Source: Chloroflexota bacterium
Lineage (GTDB): Bacteria; Chloroflexota; Chloroflexia; DAOUBH01
DNA: 64,000 nt
Assembly (NCBI GenBank): GCA_034432775.1
Contig: DAOUBH010000022.1
Coordinates: 27,170-91,169 of the forward strand
Direction of reading: 5' to 3'
The notes beneath the pieces were generated by a model, which was not told where the DNA came from, searched no databases, and worked only from the letters and a program-made list of their open reading frames with translations. Position numbers and translations under genes: made by a program. Shown here piece by piece: positions 12,299 through 21,345 of this stretch; the stretch's first letter is position 1; each line of letters opens with the position of its first letter.

Positions 12299-15061
12299 AT
12301 GTCCGTGGTGTTTAAACCGGAAGTGAAGTGGGTACCAAGTTACTGTTATCAATGCAACGCGGGCGGACCAGATCTATTGCGCGTTAAGGTAGTAGACGGG
12401 GTAGCAGTAGGACTAGAGGGCAACCTTGATTTTGCTAGTGTCCATCCAGGCGGGGCAAAAGTGTGCGTCAAAGCATATGGGCTAATTCAGAAACATTATA
12501 ACCCAAATCGCGTCAAGGCCCCGCTGAAACGCACGAATCCTAAAAAGGGTCTGGACGAGGACCCTGGTTTCGTAGAGATCACATGGGATGAAGCCATCGA
12601 ACTGTGGGCCCAGAAACTCCTTGAGGTCAGGAGTCGAGGCATAGTAGACGAGAACGGTTATCCACGTGTCGCCTTCGCTGAGGGGTCTGATGGTGTTTGC
12701 CCTTCGTATTATGGCACCCTGCCAGTGATTTTCGGTGGCCTCTCACAGGCTCTAGGGCTCCCTCCCGGGATCTGGGGACCTACCGAATTTACCATGGCGC
12801 AAGGGGGCGGCGTGAAGTGTTACCACACCGAGCATCTGCTTGGGGAGCTGTGGCACAAAGGCTTCACGTGTGCTCAAGATACCCCACTCTGTGATTACAT
12901 CATTGCCATTGGCAGAAGTGACGACACGTCCTTCGGCGTCACGGGAGCGAAGCGCCAGGCTGAGGCCAGAGCCAGGGGATGGAAAAGGGTCCAAGTAGAG
13001 CCACACCTATCGGTAACCGGAGCTACATCTGACCGATGGGTCCCCATAAGGCCCGAGACCGATCATGCATTTCTTTTCGCTATGATCCATGTTGTCCTTC
13101 ACGAAATGAATTGGGCTGAAGTGTGTGACATCCACTTCTTGAAAACGATGACCAATAGCTCCTATCTGGTTGCGCCCGATGGCTACTTTCTGCGAGACCC
13201 GGTGTCCGAAAAGCCGCTAGTGTGGGACACCGTGGACCGAGCCGCCAAACCCTTCGATAGGGACGTGAAGGATCCCGCACTTGAAGGTGAATACGAGGTC
13301 GCCGGGATCACCCTTGGCCCAGACTCCAAAAGAAGCAGATTCGACCGCGTTTCGGTCAAGCCAGCCTTTCAACTGCTCATAGAACACGTGAAGACGTACA
13401 CGCCGGAGTGGGCATCAGAGATCTGCGATGTTCCTCCGCAAACCATTAGGGAACTGACGCATGAGTTCATTAGCCATGCAAGAGTAGGAGCAACCATCAC
13501 CGTCGACGGCATTGAAATGCCCTATAGGCCAGTGTTCATTGCCCTCGGCAAGACCCAGAATAACGGATGGGGCTCCATGCAGTGCGTCTGGGCAGCCCAC
13601 GTTTTGCAAATGCTCGTCGGCTCGTTGGAAGTACCTGGGGGACACTTAGGGACCCGGGTTCTGTTCTCAGGCCCGCCCAGAAGAACAGCTGATGGATTTC
13701 TCGAGTATCCCTTCAACCCGACAGACAAGGAGAACTGGCGGTTTCCTCCTGGCCGTAGGGATGGTGTGCCATCCCTCTGTCCACTGACAGGACCTTTTCT
13801 GGGCCCCATGCATCTGGGGTGGAAATGGACCGTGGACCCACCTCCACACTGGCCGGCTCCGAGCGTACCCGACATATTGATCACCTACAAGGTGAACCCG
13901 GTCATCTCGCAGTTCGATACACCAACTATCGTGGAGGTACTTCGCAGGATCCCCTTCCATGTGGCGTTTGCCTATACCCTGGACGAAACAGCTTGGTTCG
14001 CGGATCTCGTGCTACCAGAAGATGGAGACCTGGAAGCACTGCAGGTTTTCCCCATCGGCGCTACAACCTTTATGGAGAACTTTTGGGAGCATGTCGGACT
14101 CGCCATAAAGCAGCCTGCAGTACCACGGGCGAATAACACGCGGAACATTACCGACATAGCGACCGACTTGGCGGAAAAACTAGGAATGCTGGCTGCCTAC
14201 AACGAGGCCCTAAACCACGGCGCCTTCCTTGGATTTGTCTTGAAGGATACCCCGCACGAATTACAGCCAGACAAGAAATACACAGCGGAAGAGATCTATG
14301 ACCGAATCTGTAAGGTAGCTACTTACAACCTCAGTAGGGGATCGGAGGAATTCGGATTGGAGTGGTTTAAGGAAAAGGGAGCCTTCTTCGTTCCTTTCCC
14401 CAAGGTCGGTCCAGGGATAAGCCTGGGCCCGATTTACATGCGTCCATGGTACCTTTACCCCTACATGCGCCAGTCTGGCATCCGCTTCGAGCTCCCCTAC
14501 CAGGAAAGGTTGAAGAGGATCGGTGAAGAGCTTCAAGCACGCATCAGCGAGGCCAAGATAGACTGGTGGCAGGCACAGGCACACGAATACCAGGCATTGC
14601 CGAAATGGCACAGTACCAGCACAATCATCGACGATGTTATTGCCAAACGTTACGGGAAAAACCCAAATGACTACCCATTTTGGCTTCTTGCTACCCGAAG
14701 CATGCAATATGCTTGGGGATCCAACATAGCAGTTCCGCAGATGCATGAAGTAGCCGAGCGCGTGTTGGGTCACACGTGGGTTCAGATGAGCACCCAAGCG
14801 GGCAGGCTTCTCGGAATTAAGGATGGGGACGAAGTGTGGATTGAGTCTGCATATGGCAAGGCGCGAGGGAGAGTTAAGCTGAGGGAGGGAATCCGAGCAG
14901 ATGTTGTGTTGACAACGCAGATGTATGGCCACGTGAAAACCCCGTTCGCTAAGGATCTCAGACTCCCAAACCTCAATCAGATAGCTCCAGCGCTAGTGGA
15001 GTTAACCGACGAAACTGGGGGTTCTAAGGATCATGTCAAAGTGAAGGTATATAAGCCCTAA
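12299..15061 (+). CDS. molybdopterin oxidoreductase catalytic subunit (DMSO reductase/MopB superfamily), no Tat signal
   Basis: ~920 aa; N-terminal C-x2-C-x3-G-x33-C (YCYQCNAGG...KVCVKAYG) at the position of the MopB FS0 cluster motif; no RRxFLK motif; ATG 12299 after GGGAG; long ORF from 12182 is likely upstream extension. Confidence 0.8.
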   Translation: MSVVFKPEVKWVPSYCYQCNAGGPDLLRVKVVDGVAVGLEGNLDFASVHPGGAKVCVKAYGLIQKHYNPNRVKAPLKRTNPKKGLDEDPGFVEITWDEAIELWAQKLLEVRSRGIVDENGYPRVAFAEGSDGVCPSYYGTLPVIFGGLSQALGLPPGIWGPTEFTMAQGGGVKCYHTEHLLGELWHKGFTCAQDTPLCDYIIAIGRSDDTSFGVTGAKRQAEARARGWKRVQVEPHLSVTGATSDRWVPIRPETDHAFLFAMIHVVLHEMNWAEVCDIHFLKTMTNSSYLVAPDGYFLRDPVSEKPLVWDTVDRAAKPFDRDVKDPALEGEYEVAGITLGPDSKRSRFDRVSVKPAFQLLIEHVKTYTPEWASEICDVPPQTIRELTHEFISHARVGATITVDGIEMPYRPVFIALGKTQNNGWGSMQCVWAAHVLQMLVGSLEVPGGHLGTRVLFSGPPRRTADGFLEYPFNPTDKENWRFPPGRRDGVPSLCPLTGPFLGPMHLGWKWTVDPPPHWPAPSVPDILITYKVNPVISQFDTPTIVEVLRRIPFHVAFAYTLDETAWFADLVLPEDGDLEALQVFPIGATTFMENFWEHVGLAIKQPAVPRANNTRNITDIATDLAEKLGMLAAYNEALNHGAFLGFVLKDTPHELQPDKKYTAEEIYDRICKVATYNLSRGSEEFGLEWFKEKGAFFVPFPKVGPGISLGPIYMRPWYLYPYMRQSGIRFELPYQERLKRIGEELQARISEAKIDWWQAQAHEYQALPKWHSTSTIIDDVIAKRYGKNPNDYPFWLLATRSMQYAWGSNIAVPQMHEVAERVLGHTWVQMSTQAGRLLGIKDGDEVWIESAYGKARGRVKLREGIRADVVLTTQMYGHVKTPFAKDLRLPNLNQIAPALVELTDETGGSKDHVKVKVYKP

Positions 15062-15082
15062 GACAAGGGGAGGGTACTTGCC

Positions 15083-15733
15083 GTGGCACGATGGGGAATG
15101 GCCATCGACCTCAGGAAATGCAACGGATGTCAGACGTGCACCGTAGCATGCAAGATCGAGAATTTCACCCCAAAGGGTTTGCTTTGGGGACAAGTTTACG
15201 ATTATGAGACCGGGCAGTATCCCACAGTCCAACGCCGCTTCCTTCCCGCCCTTTGTATGCACTGTGAAAGTCCGCCATGCAGAGACGTGTGCCCGACAGG
15301 CGCCACCAAAAAGAGAGAAGACGGAATCGTTTATGTCGATTATCAGAGGTGTACCGGTTGCCAGGCATGTGCCTTAGCCTGTCCGTACGAAGCGCGCTTC
15401 CTCTACACGGAACGGGATGGGTATTTTGACCGACGCAGAACCCCATACGAACAGTTCCCATACGAGTGGAGAGCACCATCGCAACGGTTTACGAACGGAA
15501 CCATGACGAAATGTACCTTCTGTATGCACCGGATAGATCAACACCCAAATAAGCGTCCAGGTATAGATCCGGAGGCCACACCTGCCTGCGTCGTTGCCTG
15601 TATCACCGGAGCACGGATCTTCGGTGATCTGGACGACTCAGAGAGCGAGATCAACAAGGTAATCCGGGAACGACGCGGCTTCACACTGCTGCCTGAGCTC
15701 GGGACTGGGCCTTCCGTGTATTACTTGCCCTAA
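15083..15733 (+). CDS. 4Fe-4S ferredoxin-type electron-transfer subunit of molybdopterin oxidoreductase
   Basis: Four Cys clusters: CNGCQTCTVACK, CMHCESPPCRDVCP, CTGCQACALACP, CTFCMH...CVVAC; GTG start 9 nt after GGAGG. Confidence 0.85.
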   Translation: MARWGMAIDLRKCNGCQTCTVACKIENFTPKGLLWGQVYDYETGQYPTVQRRFLPALCMHCESPPCRDVCPTGATKKREDGIVYVDYQRCTGCQACALACPYEARFLYTERDGYFDRRRTPYEQFPYEWRAPSQRFTNGTMTKCTFCMHRIDQHPNKRPGIDPEATPACVVACITGARIFGDLDDSESEINKVIRERRGFTLLPELGTGPSVYYLP

Positions 15734-15753
15734 AAGCGAAGCTCTAATAGGGT

Positions 15754-16605
15754 GTGTGGGAGGTAAAGGCAGTGATTTCCATCCATGGTCAGAGAAACTG
15801 GGGTTTCACGACAGCTCTGGCAATGTTCCTCGAGGGGAGCTGTGGCGCCACTACGGTAAGCGGAATACTTCTAGGCAATCTACCCATGGTAATACTTGGG
15901 GTAGCCCTCGGAATGGCAGCCGGCTTGATCCTTTTACTTGAGCTCGGAAATCCGAAAAATGCAATCTGGTTACTTGCAGGCATACGTCATGCTTGGATTT
16001 CGCGAGGTACTCTCCTACTACTGTTAGTCATTGTTTTTGGCCTTGCATACGCTCTCGTCGGCCTGCCAACTGTGGGCGCCCCGCCCGTCTTAAGCGTAGT
16101 CGCGGGTGTCACCGCTGGAATCGCAGGCCTCTTGCTGACACTGTACCCAGGGTTCCTGCTCGCTTCGTTCAAGCCCATACCGTTGTGGCATTCGGCCTTG
16201 TCGCCCATTCTCTCTTTCGGCATTAGCGCCCTAGGCGGTTTCGGCGTAACTTTGGTCATGTCCCCACTGGTAACTGTAAATGCAGTACAGATGACGATTC
16301 CTGCAGTGTCAGGTGCAGTGGTCTTTCAAGCCGTGGCGTGGTGGGCATTTATCGACACAGCGCTAAAAGGTAGCGTTACAGAATCCCACGGAGCTAGGGT
16401 GCTATTGGGGCTACCTGTCTTCTCAGCTGGGGCCATCGCGGTTGGCTTGGCATTACCTGGAGTAATCATGGTTTTAGCGTGGGCCGCAGGCGTTACATCA
16501 CTTCCGTTGTATGTCGTAGCAGGGGTATGTCTGCTTGCTGGAAGTCTAAGCGCTAGGTACGCCCTATTAAGGGCTGGTGTGCGATTGCGGTGGCAGCCGG
16601 CCTAG
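15754..16605 (+). CDS. integral membrane anchor subunit (NrfD/PsrC/DmsC-like) of molybdopterin oxidoreductase
   Basis: 283-aa protein with ~8 hydrophobic helices directly downstream of the catalytic and FeS subunits. Confidence 0.6.
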   Translation: MWEVKAVISIHGQRNWGFTTALAMFLEGSCGATTVSGILLGNLPMVILGVALGMAAGLILLLELGNPKNAIWLLAGIRHAWISRGTLLLLLVIVFGLAYALVGLPTVGAPPVLSVVAGVTAGIAGLLLTLYPGFLLASFKPIPLWHSALSPILSFGISALGGFGVTLVMSPLVTVNAVQMTIPAVSGAVVFQAVAWWAFIDTALKGSVTESHGARVLLGLPVFSAGAIAVGLALPGVIMVLAWAAGVTSLPLYVVAGVCLLAGSLSARYALLRAGVRLRWQPA

Positions 16606-17299
16606 CCTGGAACCGAAGGCAGCCTCAGCCTCCATTCTGCCGCGGGACACGCGAATGAGGCCAGGACTGTCCCGGGAGTTATATGGAAGCTAACGGAGGA
16701 TATCCGAGCAAATCCCCAGATCCATCAAACTAATAGATCATTAACCGGTGAGGCAAAGGGGTTCTTGCATCAGCCGGGCGCTCAGAATGGGGAGCCAGCA
16801 CCCTACTTGGCTCTGGTGCGGCTACTGATTGGTCTGAGGGGGTCTGACAGGTAGAGTATACCCTCTTCTACCCCCATCACATATCCTTCTTGCTGCTCAA
16901 TGGCCGATCTCCCCATAAACCAAGTACCGTAATCATGCATCACATCGAGACCATACCAGCCACGCCACGAGGTATCGCGATAGAGCCAAAGCCTAGGTAG
17001 CCGTCGATACACATCGGGGGAGGACTTTCCACGGGTTCTAATACGGACTCCGGTTGCTAAGGGTGAAACGGCTCACGGAGGGAGAGCCTCAGGCCAAGGC
17101 CATCCACACCAGTAGTGCAGATAGGGGTGCAGTTCACCAACCGTCGCTCAGCTCCTTCAAAGCAAGTTAAGGCGTCTCCATCGTCCTTGGCCCCGACATT
17201 GGGGCTCGAACTGAAAGGGATTGACCTCCATGATACAATCTACTGTGGAGTTCGACCCATACCTTTTCGCTAAAAACCCCAAGTCTAGGTAGATGGACT

Positions 17300-18082
17300 G
17301 TGTTGACCCACGCCTTTATCCAGATCCGCGGCCTCACTAAGGTCTATTTGTCAGACCACGGACAAGTGCTCGCCCTCGACGGCATAGACCTGGACATAGC
17401 AGAGAAGGAGTTCGCTTCCATCCTGGGACCCAGCGGCTGCGGCAAGAGCACCCTCATTATGCTCATAGCAGGCCTCATACGCCCCACATCGGGAAGCATA
17501 ACCATAAACGGCAGACAGATCGATGGTCCATACACTGATCTGGGGATAGTCTTTCAGCGGGACGTTCTCCTGGACTGGCGAAATGTACTGGACAACGTAT
17601 TGCTCCAGATCGAGATCCGCAGGCTGAAACGATCCGATTATGAGAAAGTTGCCCTTCAGCTCCTCGACAGGGTCGGTCTGGGCGAATTCACTACAGCCTA
17701 TCCCAGGGCCCTGTCGGGAGGCATGCGCCAACGGGTAGCCATCTGCAGGGCCCTTGTCCACGACCCGCCTCTCCTGCTTATGGATGAGCCCTTTGGAGCC
17801 CTCGACGCCCTCACTAGAGACCAGATGTCCCTAGATCTTATGCGCATCTGGGAACAGACCCATAAGACGGTACTCTTTGTGACCCACAGCATACCCGAGG
17901 CTATCTTCCTTTCCGACAGGATTATCGTCATGTCGCCGCGTCCAGGCCGCATCGTAGAAGACATCCGCATCGAGCTGCCCAAGCCGCGACGCTTGGCCGT
18001 GCGCGATACCCAGGACTTCGCCGACTATGATCGCCACATCCGGGAGATCTTCATGGCCCAGGGTGTGCTGGTCGAAGGATAG
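17300..18082 (+). CDS. ABC transporter ATP-binding protein (NitT/TauT family)
   Basis: Walker A GPSGCGKST, signature LSGGMRQR, Walker B LLLMDEPFGALD, H-loop VTHS. Confidence 0.85.
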   Translation: MLTHAFIQIRGLTKVYLSDHGQVLALDGIDLDIAEKEFASILGPSGCGKSTLIMLIAGLIRPTSGSITINGRQIDGPYTDLGIVFQRDVLLDWRNVLDNVLLQIEIRRLKRSDYEKVALQLLDRVGLGEFTTAYPRALSGGMRQRVAICRALVHDPPLLLMDEPFGALDALTRDQMSLDLMRIWEQTHKTVLFVTHSIPEAIFLSDRIIVMSPRPGRIVEDIRIELPKPRRLAVRDTQDFADYDRHIREIFMAQGVLVEG

Positions 18083-18102
18083 ACGTTTGGCAGGAGGAAT
18101 GT

Positions 18103-18930
18103 ATGGCTGAAGGTGTCACAGCTGTTAAGGTCGAGCAGAAACCACGGCCTCGCGCAAACCTTAAGGACTACTACTATCCCGTGGCAGCTGCGATCGCGTT
18201 CCTTCTCTTGTGGGAGGGAATTGTCCACCTGCTGAATATCAAGCCCTACCTGCTGCCAGCACCGTCAAACATCCTTCAAAAGCTGACCGGCCAGTGGGGA
18301 ACCATCTGGGACTACACGCTCGTCACCGGATTCGAGGTGTTGCTAGGCTTCCTGCTGAGCATAATCGTGGGCATACCGTTGGGCATGGTCATATTCTATG
18401 TAAAGGCCCTGGAGAGGGTTATCTATCCCTTTCTAGTGGCATCTCAGACTATCCCCAAGGTAGCCATCGCACCACTTTTGGTGATCTGGTTCGGTTTCGG
18501 TCTTACGCCCAAGGTGATCGTGGCCTTCTTGATAGCCTTCTTCCCCATAGTGGTCGATACTGTGGTAGGGCTGAAAAGCACCCCTCCAGAGATGATCTAT
18601 CTAGTAAGATCCATGGGAGCCAACAGGCTCCAGACCTTCCTGAAGATCAGTTTGCCCAATGCCCTCCCCAATATATTCGGCGGCTTGAAGGTCGCCATCA
18701 CTTTGGCGGTAGTGGGTGCTGTGGTGGGAGAGTTCATAGGTGCCGATAGGGGCCTCGGTTACCTCCTTGTGGTCGCCAACGGCTACCTCGATACCCCCCT
18801 GGTCTTCGCTGGGATCATTGTCCTCAGCCTCATGGGCATATTTCTCTTCTTCGTCATTGAGATCATCGAACGCCTCCTAATGCCTTGGAGATCCGAAGAG
18901 CAGACGGAGATAGTCAGGGGGACCATGTGA
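18103..18930 (+). CDS. ABC transporter permease (NitT/TauT family)
   Basis: Polytopic membrane protein; EAA-like region RSMGANRLQTFLKISLPNALP. Confidence 0.85.
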   Translation: MAEGVTAVKVEQKPRPRANLKDYYYPVAAAIAFLLLWEGIVHLLNIKPYLLPAPSNILQKLTGQWGTIWDYTLVTGFEVLLGFLLSIIVGIPLGMVIFYVKALERVIYPFLVASQTIPKVAIAPLLVIWFGFGLTPKVIVAFLIAFFPIVVDTVVGLKSTPPEMIYLVRSMGANRLQTFLKISLPNALPNIFGGLKVAITLAVVGAVVGEFIGADRGLGYLLVVANGYLDTPLVFAGIIVLSLMGIFLFFVIEIIERLLMPWRSEEQTEIVRGTM

Positions 18931-20321
18931 GGCAGAAACACCAGCAGGAAGCAGATCTGCTCGTCCTGGGGGAATGGATCCTCCTGTCAGCAAACGATGC
19001 CCTACAACGGGGAGCCATAGCGGTACGGGACGGCCTTATAGTCGATGTTGGTCCCCAACGAGATGTTATGGAACGGTACCGCGCCAAGAGGGTCATCGGC
19101 GGCGCCGATAGGATCGTTGCTCCCGGGCTAATAAATACCCATACCCATCTCTTTCAGACCTTCCTCCGCGGATTGGGCGAAGGGCTGCCATTGCGCACCT
19201 GGGTCGAGCGAGTAACTACCCCTGCTGCCCTTGCCATGACCTGGGAAGACGCCTACCTGTCGGCTGCCCTGGGCCTCATCGAGGCCCTTCACTCCGGAAC
19301 TACGGCTGTCTTCGAGTATGGGTACGCCTTTCCAGATCCATCCCTGCACGAGGCCACCTTGAAAGCTTTCCTCGATGTGGGAGTGCGTGGCTGGTTGGGG
19401 ATAGGTGTCAACGATGCTGGGATTGAGTTCGGCGTCCATCCGGCATTCATTCAGACCGTCGATGAGGCTCTGAAGAAGGTGGACGATTTGCGTGTCGCGA
19501 TGGCCAGGCTTGGCCAGATGCCGGTCCAGTTAGCCCTCGTCTCGGGAAGCATCAGAGGCCTATCTTCCCAGGGCGTCAGGGCCTTCCATGGGTACGCAGA
19601 GGCCAACGGTCTACTCTATTCCCTCCACCTCAAAGAGATACCCCAGGACGACGAAACAGCCCTGCTGCGTTTCGGTACCAGGGCAGTGCCGTGGCTCGCT
19701 GATTGCGGGGTCCTCAAGCCTAATCTCCTCGCTGTCCACTGCGTGTGGCTCAACCAGGAGGACATAGACCTCCTGGCTGAGGGCCGCTCCTCTGTGTCCC
19801 ACAACCCCGTCAGCAACATGTATCTAGGTGCGGGGATAGCTCCAGTGGCAGAGTTGCTGCAACGTGGGATCGCAGTAGGCTTAGGCACCGACGGGCCAGC
19901 AAGCAACAACAGCATGGACATGCTCCAGACGCTGAAGTTCTCCATACTGGGACAGCGAGCCCGAAAGGCCTCGCCCGATATCATAACCTCGAGGGACGGC
20001 TTCCGCATGGCTACGGAGGACGCTGCCCGGGCCTTGGGGGTCGAGGGTCTTCTTGGACGCATCGCTCCTGGATATGTGGCCGATATTGTTGTTTTCCGCA
20101 CCGATACCTTCCAGGGAGTCCCTTGCCATGACCCCTACGCTACGTTAGCCTTCTCAGCCGGTTGTGGCTCCGTAGAGACCGTGATGGTCGGAGGGCGGAT
20201 CGTTCTAGAGGAGGGTCTGGTCAAGACCCTCGATGAAGCCGACATCGTGGCTAGGGCATCGACAGCAGCCAAGGATCTGGTCCAGCGAGCAGGCATACCC
20301 GCAGGAGTGTTCGTGAGGTGA
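18927..20321 (+). CDS. metal-dependent amidohydrolase (cytosine/guanine deaminase or chlorohydrolase-like)
   Basis: APGLINTHTHL metal-binding HxH, later HCVW and GLGTDGPASNN; GTG start overlaps permease stop (GTGA). Confidence 0.75.
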   Translation: MRQKHQQEADLLVLGEWILLSANDALQRGAIAVRDGLIVDVGPQRDVMERYRAKRVIGGADRIVAPGLINTHTHLFQTFLRGLGEGLPLRTWVERVTTPAALAMTWEDAYLSAALGLIEALHSGTTAVFEYGYAFPDPSLHEATLKAFLDVGVRGWLGIGVNDAGIEFGVHPAFIQTVDEALKKVDDLRVAMARLGQMPVQLALVSGSIRGLSSQGVRAFHGYAEANGLLYSLHLKEIPQDDETALLRFGTRAVPWLADCGVLKPNLLAVHCVWLNQEDIDLLAEGRSSVSHNPVSNMYLGAGIAPVAELLQRGIAVGLGTDGPASNNSMDMLQTLKFSILGQRARKASPDIITSRDGFRMATEDAARALGVEGLLGRIAPGYVADIVVFRTDTFQGVPCHDPYATLAFSAGCGSVETVMVGGRIVLEEGLVKTLDEADIVARASTAAKDLVQRAGIPAGVFVR

Positions 20322-21345
20322 TCTCGGGCATCACCATGAATCCCGATGCCGATCCCCAGGTGTTGAAAGCCATAGCCCGACAGGTGGAGGAGCTCGGATT
20401 CTCCTACTGCTACGTTGCCGACCAAGGCCTGAGTCGCGACGTATATGTGACACTGTCCAACCTGGCCGCCTCCACCACAAGCCTACGGTTGGGCCCTGGA
20501 ATCACTCACCCCTATGTGCGGCACCCGGCCGCCACAGCCGTGGCCATAGCGACCCTAGATGAGCTATCCCACCACAGGGCCTTCCTGGGCATAGGAGCCG
20601 GTGGCACCCGCGCCCTCGCCCCCTCAACATCGACAGAAGAGAGCCACTCCGCGCCTGCACCGAGGCAGTGGAAATTGCGCGACGGCTCTGGACCGGCCAA
20701 CCCGTAGACTTTTCCGGCCGCTACTTTCAGCTTAGAGGCGCCCGCATCAACTTTCCTTGCCGGCACAATATAGAGGTACACTGGGCTGCCCGGGGTCCCA
20801 AGATGCTACGCCTGGGCGGTGAACTGGCTGATGTAGTTTTCCTCCATGGAAACCCCCACAGCGAGATAGCTGAAGCTGTGCGCCATGTTCGGGCGGGAGC
20901 CCTTGAGGCCCAACGGAAAGTGAGGATTCACCTGGCACTGCCAATAATCTATGATCAGGCCTCCTTCGAGAGCGGACGCTTAAGGACAGCTTGCAGGTTG
21001 GTCGATCTCACTGAGGATGCCAGGAGGAGGCTGGACATATCCACACAGCTCCATTCCAGGATCAGGGAGCTGGTGCTATCGTCGCAGCTCGAGTCCGCTG
21101 CACAGCTTGTGGAGCCTGAACTGGTCAGGCAATTTGTAGTCGACGCCACAGACCCGGAGTCGCTTCGCGATCTGGCCAGGACCATAGCTTCTCTCAACTT
21201 GGACGGCTTTATAGTGGAGATCAGTAACCCGTACCTGGCTGCAACTATACTTCCCGTGGCCCATCAGGTCATCGCCAAGACCATGCAGCTGCTCAAGGAC
21301 CAAACTACTGGTAGTCCACAAACCTATCAGGGAGGTGTCCCATGA
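20318..21345 (+). pseudogene. F420-dependent LLM-class (luciferase-like/Mer-like) oxidoreductase, reading frame broken by apparent -1 frameshift in a C5 run (20619-20623)
   Basis: N-terminal frame ...LGPGITHPYVRHPAATAVAIATLDELSHHRAFLGIGAGG (Mer-like); C-terminal part continues in another frame as PLNIDRREPLRACTEAVEIARRLWTGQPVDFSG...; one extra C would restore GAGGTRALAPLNIDRREPL. Confidence 0.6.

Noticed and set aside
14261-14932. 223-aa minus-strand ORF
   Set aside because: Antisense to the molybdopterin oxidoreductase catalytic subunit.
16643-16674. Inverted repeat cgggaca...tgtcccg after the molybdoenzyme operon
   Set aside because: 18-nt loop and no U-tract; too weak to call an intrinsic terminator.
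16803-17012. 69-aa minus-strand ORF in the long non-coding region
   Set aside because: Trp/Arg/Tyr-rich translation with no RBS or motif; probably non-coding.
17190-17270. tRNA-like T-loop motifs (ggggctcgaac, ggagttcgaccc) in the 5' region of the ABC operon
   Set aside because: Could not fold a cloverleaf on either strand: flanking 5-nt stems are not complementary and no acceptor stem pairs.
16606-17299. Possible TPP/HMP-type riboswitch upstream of the NMT1-like ABC operon
   Set aside because: Expected conserved TPP-element blocks (CUGAGA ... ACCUGAUCUGGAUAAUGCCAGCGUAGGGAA) are not present; only a loose ctgaggggg match at ~16840. Left as an unexplained long leader.
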